Shown here: positions 1-6,135 of the stretch, piece after piece
Position numbering within the stretch: position 1 is the first letter of the stretch
How the letters are laid out: every line of letters starts with the position of its first letter
From: a bacterium
Lineage (GTDB): Bacteria; UBA9089; UBA9088; JAGUXG01
Direction: 5' to 3'
Length of the DNA stretch: 45,419 nt
NCBI GenBank assembly: GCA_043798435.1
Contig: JAZDOR010000128.1
Span: forward strand, 1-45,419
Translations under genes and position numbers: made by a program
The notes under the pieces: generated by a model
What the model saw: the letters and a program-made list of their open reading frames with translations, nothing else
Database searches by the model: none
What the model was told of the DNA's origin: nothing

Positions 1-118
1 GATTTTTCAGGATTACAAAAGATTCTTATTTAATTCTTATCTTGTAAATCAGCGTTAATCTGCGTCCCATCTTTCTCCAATTCTCCCCTTTCCCAATTTC
101 TCCATCTTATAACGGTTA
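1..118 (-). repeat. Window-truncated copy of a class-1 word-hairpin element (inverted copy of 9806-9935)
   Basis: The reverse complement of 1-68 matches 9866-9933 (ggacgcagattaacgctgatttacaagata.gaattaaataagaatc...taatcctgaaaaatc) with a few mismatches. 69-118 mirrors 9806-9865 (ataaccgtt..ataagatggagaa). The terminus supplies the TAA stop of the adjacent CDS. Confidence 0.8.
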
Positions 119-1576
119 TTTGGAAAAGACCTCTGCCTGAAAGACTTCAAAGACTGCGTCTTTTCTCTTATAGGCGTCTTCAGCCAGCCCTGCCTTGAGT
201 GATAAGTGCATCAGGGTCTCGGGAAGTGTCCAGCCTTGCTCTGGTGCAACCTGTGGGAGAAAGACTGATTGCCTTCCACCTACATTCAAAACAATTCCAT
301 CCCTGCCAAGAACAATATCTGTCCAGGTTCCTATTTTCTCTGGCTCAGAAAGGACTGAAACCTCTATCTCCATATCAGGAAGCTCATCAACGGTGACAGG
401 GGGAAACCGATAATCTTTTGAACAGGCATTTATTGCATTCTCTATGACCGCCTGATATAAAGGCTTTATCGGCCAGATATAACCGATGCAACCCCTGAGG
501 TTTCCTGCTTTTTCTAAGGTGACAAAGACGCCTGAGGGCTCAGCAAGTCTTGAGCTTTTTAAGGAGAAGCCAGGAATTTTTCCCTCCTTCACAAAGAGTT
601 CCACTGTATCTTTCGCAATCTTTAGAAGCTCTTCCTTTTCTTCTTTAGTCAATCCCTTTTTGGTAAAGGCAATCCCAGCATAGCCTACAACACCATCCTT
701 TTTTCCATAGGGTGTATCCCCTGAATTATAATAGAGCAAGGTTTTTGGCTTTAGTTTGAGAAGCTTTGCCACCTTGAGACCTACAATAGTTGGGCTGATG
801 CCACAGAGGTATGTTGAAAGACCTGGAATTTTGGATGAATGGACCCCCATCTCCCTTTTTGTAAGCTCAATCTCATCAAGATTCTCAATCAAGGCTATGG
901 TCTCTCTGTCAACCTTGTTTGCCTCCTCATATTCTGGATAGTGTGAAAGGTCTGTGGAGACAATCACTATGGTTTTATCATTCATCACAGACTTTATAGC
1001 AGAAGCAAGCCTGTCAAACTCATCCATATCCACCCTTCCCACCAGGATAGGCACAATCTTTATCTCTGGAAAAAGCACCTTAAGATATGGAAGCTGAACC
1101 TCTATTGAATGCTCTGGTGCATCTGCCTCTGCTACCTCCGATAGCCCACAAGTCTCAGCAATCTTTTCTGCCTTCTCTTTATCAATAGAGAGCGTGCCAG
1201 GAGGAATCTCATAAGCATCCCCAAGATAGATAGATGGAGTGTCCAGCGGATAGTGGTGCGACACACCTAAAATTATAGCTGTCTCATAATCCTCCCCTTC
1301 CATCTGCTTAAAAGCCTCTGCTGCTGCCCTGCCTGAGTAAACATAGCCTGCATGGGGAACAATTAACATTTTGGGTTTCTGGTCAACTACCTTCTTGGCT
1401 TCAGAAAGAAACCCCTTTACCATTCCTTCACAAGCCTCCCTACCCCCTGGATAAAACCCGATTGCTGCTGGTTTTCTAATTCTCATAACCTTTTCCTCCT
1501 TCTCCTGCTTTACCCCTTCACAGGAGACAGCAAGAAAGATCAATCCTATAATAAAAATTGGCTTTTTCATAATCAA
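116..1576 (-). CDS. Memo-like (AmmeMemoRadiSam protein B) fused to an AMMECR1 domain (protein A), with a possible N-terminal signal/lipoprotein peptide
   Basis: Memo-type N-half (RKPAAIGFYPG, IVPHAGYVYSG, DLSHY). AMMECR1 C-half (GVFVTLEK.GNLRGCIGYI). The long form starts at TTG with MIMKKPIFIIGLIFLAVSC. An alternative ATG at 1486 is preceded by a strong GAAGGAGG. Confidence 0.85.
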   Translation of the reverse strand: MIMKKPIFIIGLIFLAVSCEGVKQEKEEKVMRIRKPAAIGFYPGGREACEGMVKGFLSEAKKVVDQKPKMLIVPHAGYVYSGRAAAEAFKQMEGEDYETAIILGVSHHYPLDTPSIYLGDAYEIPPGTLSIDKEKAEKIAETCGLSEVAEADAPEHSIEVQLPYLKVLFPEIKIVPILVGRVDMDEFDRLASAIKSVMNDKTIVIVSTDLSHYPEYEEANKVDRETIALIENLDEIELTKREMGVHSSKIPGLSTYLCGISPTIVGLKVAKLLKLKPKTLLYYNSGDTPYGKKDGVVGYAGIAFTKKGLTKEEKEELLKIAKDTVELFVKEGKIPGFSLKSSRLAEPSGVFVTLEKAGNLRGCIGYIWPIKPLYQAVIENAINACSKDYRFPPVTVDELPDMEIEVSVLSEPEKIGTWTDIVLGRDGIVLNVGGRQSVFLPQVAPEQGWTLPETLMHLSLKAGLAEDAYKRKDAVFEVFQAEVFSK

Positions 1577-1629
1577 CTAAATTGGAGAAGTTCCATCTAT
1601 ATTTTCTTACTTTATACCCAAACACATAC

Positions 1630-2358
1630 TTATTTTCCAAACCCTTTTGTTAGCCCAGATATATAGCCCGAATCATATTGCTCTCTTTTCTCTATTGCTT
1701 CTTTTAATGCCCTTTCTGCCTCAGCCATAGAAATTTTAGCCTTCTCGCAAGAGCTCTCTTTTTTTGCCTGGTCAAGCATCCTTTTGGCTAAAGAAAGACT
1801 CTTCCTGGCATACCTCTCTGCCCCCTCTTCTTCAGCTTTCTCTATCATTCTTTCTGCATTTACGATAAGCTCCCATGTAGCATGTTTGTCCTCTTTTTTT
1901 GCTGGTTCTGGCAAAGTCTTCTCTTTTGGCTCTTCAATCCGCAATTCCAATATCTTCTCTTCTACCTTTGGCTTTACCACTTCTTTCTTTGGGACTACTA
2001 TCACTTCTGCTTCTTTCTTCGGCAAAACTTCTTTTGTTGGCTCTACTCTTTTTTCAATTCGCGATTCGCAATTCGCAATTCGCGATTCTTCCACCATTCT
2101 CATAGAAAGGTTTATAAAGAAAGGTGTGGTCTCTTCTTTCTCTATAACTACCTCCCTTTCCTCACCAATCCAACCTTCTTTCTTTGCCAGGAATTTGTAT
2201 TTTCCAGCTTTTAGTTTGAACTGAGAAGGCGTCTCTCCTACTAATTTTCCATCAAGAAGGATACCTACATCAATTACAGGCCATGAGGCAACATAAACCT
2301 CAACCTCCTGACAAAACCCAGCCCCAACAAAAAGAATCAAAAAAAGAATAACCTTCAT
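1630..2358 (-). CDS. Secreted PEGA-domain protein with a Lys/Glu-rich linker and a helical C-terminal domain
   Basis: Signal peptide MKVILFLILFVGAGFC. PEGA-like segment ILLDGKLVGETPSQFKLKAGKYKFLAKKEGW. Low-complexity KKE/PKK region. Lies 2 nt downstream of the preceding OMP gene. Confidence 0.55.
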   Translation of the reverse strand: MKVILFLILFVGAGFCQEVEVYVASWPVIDVGILLDGKLVGETPSQFKLKAGKYKFLAKKEGWIGEEREVVIEKEETTPFFINLSMRMVEESRIANCESRIEKRVEPTKEVLPKKEAEVIVVPKKEVVKPKVEEKILELRIEEPKEKTLPEPAKKEDKHATWELIVNAERMIEKAEEEGAERYARKSLSLAKRMLDQAKKESSCEKAKISMAEAERALKEAIEKREQYDSGYISGLTKGFGK

Positions 2359-2360
2359 TA

Positions 2361-3215
2361 TTAAAATAGAAAGCCCACCTCAAACCTCTGAGAGTTTCCC
2401 AGGTCATACTCACTTTCAGAAAGAAAGCTCCAGTTAAACTTCCACATTCTAAATGCCATTCCTGCCCCACAGGCTATATCCCCATCATCACATCCTGCTC
2501 TGAGAAATATCTTCTCTACAGGCTCTGCTTCTATCCCAATGTGCCATTGCCAATCCTTCTTTTTCTTACTTGTCTCCCTCTTCATATTAAGGTCTCCGGC
2601 CAAAATCAGTTTTTCGTTTAAGAATTTTTTTGCCGCACCAAACCTCAGCTCACTGCGAAAGGATTCATTCTTGACTGAGGAAGCCAGATTACGCAGGACC
2701 AAACCACAGCTAAAATCAGGGGTTGGAAAAGAACTTGCTGTATAAAGAAGACCCAGATCAAGCCCAAATCCACTTCCTCCCTCTATTTTGCTACTCATTG
2801 TCAGCCTTTTGAGATTAACACCAAGGGAGATAGCCGGGCTATATGGCTTAGTAGCCAAAGAGAGAATATACTCTGATTCCTTCATCCTGCTCTTCTTGGC
2901 TTCTTCTCCTTCTTCAAGGCTCGCCCATTTATAAAGCCATCCAAAACCTATGCCACTCTTTTTTCCAAGTGGTTGAGCCAGAGCCAGCCAGTCAATATAT
3001 GTTGCCTCTGCGGAAAGCGGATTTGCATGAATAAAAGAGACCTCAGCAGAGCCTATCTGGGAAAGCCCGGCCGGGTTCCAATAAATAGCAGAACTGTCAT
3101 CTGCCACAGCACAGAATGCTCCACCCATTCCTTGGGACCTTGCACCCACTCCAACATCTATGGGTGTTGCAAAGGATAGCTTAGTTAAAAAAATGATGAT
3201 TATTAGTCTTTTCAT
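2361..3215 (-). CDS. Outer-membrane beta-barrel protein, PorV/PorQ (UPF0164)-like
   Basis: Signal peptide followed by GARSQGMGGAFCAVADDSSAIYWNPAGLSQ, then alternating beta-strand pattern and a C-terminal aromatic residue (F). Paralog at 20056-20973. Confidence 0.65.
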   Translation of the reverse strand: MKRLIIIIFLTKLSFATPIDVGVGARSQGMGGAFCAVADDSSAIYWNPAGLSQIGSAEVSFIHANPLSAEATYIDWLALAQPLGKKSGIGFGWLYKWASLEEGEEAKKSRMKESEYILSLATKPYSPAISLGVNLKRLTMSSKIEGGSGFGLDLGLLYTASSFPTPDFSCGLVLRNLASSVKNESFRSELRFGAAKKFLNEKLILAGDLNMKRETSKKKKDWQWHIGIEAEPVEKIFLRAGCDDGDIACGAGMAFRMWKFNWSFLSESEYDLGNSQRFEVGFLF

Positions 3216-3224
3216 TTTTTACCT

Positions 3225-3336
3225 TTGATAAAGATAAGTTTTGACTCCGTTAATAGATTTGCTCTCTTTGAAATTGGTTGTATCCATTAGTTTTTTATAA
3301 GTTTCCTCATCTATCCGTATCTCTTTGGCTTCAGAA
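3225..3336 (-). pseudogene. Orphan duplicate of the last ~37 codons of the cyclase gene (copy B of a 112-bp direct repeat)
   Basis: About 90% identical to 4108-4220. Translates as YSEAKEIRIDEETYKKLMDTTNFKESKSINGVKTYLYQR*, compared with the cyclase tail HSEPGEIRIGEETYKKLMDKTNFKEDKSIDGVKTYLYQND*. No upstream coding body. Confidence 0.8.
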
Positions 3337-3355
3337 TATCCCCCACCACATATTC

Positions 3356-3751
3356 CTACTCTTTTAACATCAGCAGTTGTTCAATTCTTTCTATGAATCT
3401 CTGTGCATCGGTCACTACTTTTTCTGCCTTTTCTTGAGTAATGATTGCCTTCTCTTCATAGTCGCTATCTTCCCTTAGTTCCTTTGCATCCACAAGAATT
3501 TTTTGATATTCTTTTTCCACCAAACCTGTCTTTACAAAGTGAAGGGCAAACATTGATTTCACGCCTTTATGGGTAATTGGATTAAGCCTTTTGTTAATCA
3601 AGGCTGCCCTGGCAGCATGAAAGATAGCATAATAGGCTGGTGGAACAGCACCATCAAAGTCTCTTTCTTCAAGAAGATGTTTGGCTGTTTTAAGCTTGGA
3701 CTTACTCTTCTCTATCCGCAATGGTATCAGGTCTTTTAGGCTACCTTCCAT
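3356..3751 (-). CDS. HEPN domain protein (toxin partner of MNT)
   Basis: 131 aa, helical, with AIFHAARAAL and REDSDYEE (HEPN R-x4-6-H-like region). Overlaps the upstream MNT gene by 16 nt. Confidence 0.75.
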   Translation of the reverse strand: MEGSLKDLIPLRIEKSKSKLKTAKHLLEERDFDGAVPPAYYAIFHAARAALINKRLNPITHKGVKSMFALHFVKTGLVEKEYQKILVDAKELREDSDYEEKAIITQEKAEKVVTDAQRFIERIEQLLMLKE

Positions 3752-4107
3752 AAATCAACACCTTCCTTTCGAATATTTTCTAAAAATATGTTTGGTGTAC
3801 CAGCCGAAGAATCAAGGTATTCAGATTGATCCCTTATTTTCAAAGAGATGTCAACGAAGGAATCAAGAAAAACATCTGTTACTACTCCATAAACCATTCC
3901 TCTTAGCTCTAAATCCTCTTTGTCAACCACCAATAAGATATCAATATCTGATTGGCTATTGGCATCACCGCGGGCTTTGGAACCAAAGAGTTTAATATTC
4001 TTAATTCTTTCTGGAGCCACGGTTAATAAGCCTGAGAGCAGGTCTTTTATAGCCCCTTCTTCTTTTTGATTAAACCTTGCTTTTTTGGGGAGGTTAATTT
4101 TAATCAT
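3736..4107 (-). CDS. Minimal nucleotidyltransferase (MNT), partner of HEPN
   Basis: Pol-beta NTase motif LFGSKARGDANSQSDIDILLVV. The likely start is the ATG at 4107 (MIKINLPKK), within ATGATTAA overlapping the cyclase stop. The longer ORF start at 4137 lies inside the cyclase CDS. Confidence 0.8.
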   Translation of the reverse strand: MIKINLPKKARFNQKEEGAIKDLLSGLLTVAPERIKNIKLFGSKARGDANSQSDIDILLVVDKEDLELRGMVYGVVTDVFLDSFVDISLKIRDQSEYLDSSAGTPNIFLENIRKEGVDLWKVA

Positions 4108-4960
4108 TTTGATAAAGATAAGTTTTGACTCCGTCAATAGATTTATCCTCTTTGAAATTGGTTTTATCCATTAGCTTTTTATAGGTTTCCTCACCTATCC
4201 GTATCTCTCCAGGCTCAGAATGTTTTTGTAAATGCCCGGCGATGTCCATTACTTCACTTGTCCACTTTCCTTTCTCTTCAGCTTCATCTACAAGGCAAAC
4301 ACCAGTATTTATTCCAATCCTTACCATAATCGGCTTCTCCAACCTATTCCTTTCTTTGTTAAAATCACTTAATCCTTCCTGAATCTGGATTGCAGACTCA
4401 ACCGCCTTGTCAGGATTTTGAAAGGTGCAGAGTCCACCATCACCACTCCAGACTACCTCTCCATTATTCTCCTTCGCAATTCCTTCTACATGGTTATGAT
4501 ATTCATTGAAAGTGTATTTAATATCTAAAACATCTTTACCTTCTTTAATTACGGTTGAACCTGCCACATCAATAATTAAGAAGGTTATCTTCTTGTAAAA
4601 TTTTTCTTTTCTTCTGGCTTGCCAATAATCTTTATATTTAATTTCAGTCTTCGCAACTTGTTGTCCATCAATATACATGATTATTTCTTTATTTTTTAAA
4701 CTCCAAGTAACAGCAATCATGTGTCTTTGATTGGTGTCTAATAAAGAAACATCATGTTCAACATCAGTACGTCCTTTTCCTAAATAAACATGAAAGAATT
4801 TTAATCTATTATCACTATCTTTCACCATAAATATACCACCATTTGAAGGGCTGAGTTGAATTAGAGGAATTGTCTGACCATCATTAAATTGAACCTTACC
4901 CGCATTAATCCAAAAACTAATTGTACCTTCTTTTATATTATCCAACTTTTGATTATTCAT
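4100..4960 (-). CDS. LamG/ConA-like domain fused to a class III nucleotidyl cyclase catalytic domain
   Basis: N-half resembles Laminin_G_3 (GTISFWINAG...HMIAVTWS...IIMYIDGQQV). C-half has class III cyclase hallmarks (FLIIDVAGST, WSGDGGLCTF, VRIGINTGVCLV, DIAGHLQK..EPGEIRIGEETY). ATGA overlap with the upstream small ORF. Confidence 0.72.
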   Translation of the reverse strand: MNNQKLDNIKEGTISFWINAGKVQFNDGQTIPLIQLSPSNGGIFMVKDSDNRLKFFHVYLGKGRTDVEHDVSLLDTNQRHMIAVTWSLKNKEIIMYIDGQQVAKTEIKYKDYWQARRKEKFYKKITFLIIDVAGSTVIKEGKDVLDIKYTFNEYHNHVEGIAKENNGEVVWSGDGGLCTFQNPDKAVESAIQIQEGLSDFNKERNRLEKPIMVRIGINTGVCLVDEAEEKGKWTSEVMDIAGHLQKHSEPGEIRIGEETYKKLMDKTNFKEDKSIDGVKTYLYQND

Positions 4961-5232
4961 TTTCCTCCCACTTTTTCAATACCTTCTTGGTACTCTTGTG
5001 AAATTTGATTTGCATCAACTGAGGCACCATAAAAGTTGCAATTATTATAATGTACTTCTCGAGATTGATACTTACTCTGCAGACTCACAATTTCGTTTAG
5101 AGTACTAACTTCTTTCTCAGCTTGTCTAATCTGGTGCCTGAGCGTAAAATAAGCAATTAACGACCCTATAATTGCTATTGGCACACCAATTATTGCTGAT
5201 AAATTTGCCAAAAGTTGTATATTCATTATCAT
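4957..5232 (-). CDS. Small single-pass membrane protein, first gene of the cyclase operon
   Basis: 91 aa. One hydrophobic helix (LLANLSAIIGVPIAIIGSLIAYFTL) followed by a polar tail. Stop overlaps the cyclase start by 4 nt. No recognisable domain. Confidence 0.5.
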   Translation of the reverse strand: MIMNIQLLANLSAIIGVPIAIIGSLIAYFTLRHQIRQAEKEVSTLNEIVSLQSKYQSREVHYNNCNFYGASVDANQISQEYQEGIEKVGGK

Positions 5233-5395
5233 TTCACTTTTTTCATCTTATTTAAATTGCAGATAACGACAAAGATTACCTGCAGCGAGGAAGATTACCA
5301 CCAAATTTTATGAGCAAAAATAAAACCTTGATAAACCACAAAACCTTCTCAAACACGCCCAAGTCTCCTTTGTCAGGTGCAAAGTAGCGTTAGGC

Positions 5396-5743
5396 TTATA
5401 TTCTCCAAAATCCTAACCACTCACGCAAAGAATTTTCTAAGCTTTTAGCGTCTAAAGCAGATAGATTACCGACCTTTTTAATAATTAATCTTCTGTTTAC
5501 AGTATAAATCCCACGCTTAACTGCTGTCGCCACATTAAGTCCTGCATCAACCCAGTACATCAACACAAACTCACCAGGCAAGAGAGATATTATTTTGCTG
5601 GTTAAGGGAACTACAAAAACATCCTCAGAGATATGGGGAGCACTTACAACAACCGCTGGTCTAACCTTTGAAGTTGATAAATCTGCAAATGGATAATGGA
5701 CTAAAATCACATCACTTTTTGAGTAATTGTGCATATACATCAT
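5396..5743 (-). CDS. PemK/MazF-family type II toxin
   Basis: SDVILVHYPFADLSTSKVRPAVVVS...VVPLTS is typical of the MazF/PemK fold. The start is probably an internal Met (5743 or 5734) rather than the ORF-track start at 5767. Overlaps the antitoxin gene. Confidence 0.75.
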   Translation of the reverse strand: MMYMHNYSKSDVILVHYPFADLSTSKVRPAVVVSAPHISEDVFVVPLTSKIISLLPGEFVLMYWVDAGLNVATAVKRGIYTVNRRLIIKKVGNLSALDAKSLENSLREWLGFWRI

Positions 5744-5915
5744 CCTCTGGATTATCCCAAACAGCATCTAAAGAGACTTGACTTGCATTTTGCCAGAATT
5801 GCTGTTCTCTTCTATCAGGTAATAATGTTACTAAAACCTTTGTTCCATCAGGAATATCCATTTTTTCCAGAAGTTCTATTCTTTTGTCTTGGGTAACTGC
5901 CCATACAGTCTGCAT
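5712..5915 (-). CDS. Small antitoxin-like protein paired with the MazF-like toxin
   Basis: 67 aa directly upstream of and overlapping the toxin. N-terminal beta-rich segment (AVTQDKRIELLEKMDIPDGTKVLVTLL) resembles AbrB/SpoVT- or DUF104-type antitoxins. Confidence 0.55.
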   Translation of the reverse strand: MQTVWAVTQDKRIELLEKMDIPDGTKVLVTLLPDRREQQFWQNASQVSLDAVWDNPEDDVYAQLLKK

Positions 5916-5988
5916 CTAAAAACCTCCTTATTTAGCTTATAGTATTGAGTGTATAGTTTGTAGAAAGAAAAAGTCAATTTGAAAAAAC

Positions 5989-6017
5989 TTGATTTTATCT
6001 TCTGAAGTAGGTATTAT
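5989..6017 (+). promoter_or_regulatory. Putative sigma70 promoter for tRNA-Met
   Basis: TTGATT (5989-5994), 17-nt spacer, TATTAT (6012-6017), about 29 nt upstream of the tRNA 5' end. Confidence 0.45.
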
Positions 6018-6045
6018 ACTTAATATATACTGAAAAATCAAAAAT

Positions 6046-6119
6046 GGCGGTGTAGCTCAGTTGGTTAGAGCACGCGGCTCATATCCGCGGGGTCCGGGGT
6101 TCAAATCCCTGCGCCGCTA
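6046..6119 (+). tRNA. tRNA-Met (CAT), elongator type
   Basis: Hand-folded cloverleaf: acceptor GGCGGTG/CGCCGCT, D arm GCTCAGTTGGTTAGAGC, anticodon loop CTCATAT, T arm CGGGGTTCAAATCCCTG. No encoded CCA. The D arm and variable loop resemble E. coli metT. tRNA-Ile2 is not excluded. Confidence 0.85.
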
Positions 6120-6135
6120 TTTTTTTGGATAAAAG

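Noticed and set aside
3216-6119. Classical tRNA-targeted genomic island (integrase-mediated) for the cyclase/TA islet next to tRNA-Met.
   Set aside because: No integrase is present and I saw no direct repeat of the tRNA 3' end. The islet also lies on the 5' side of the tRNA. I kept it only as a loose accessory islet.
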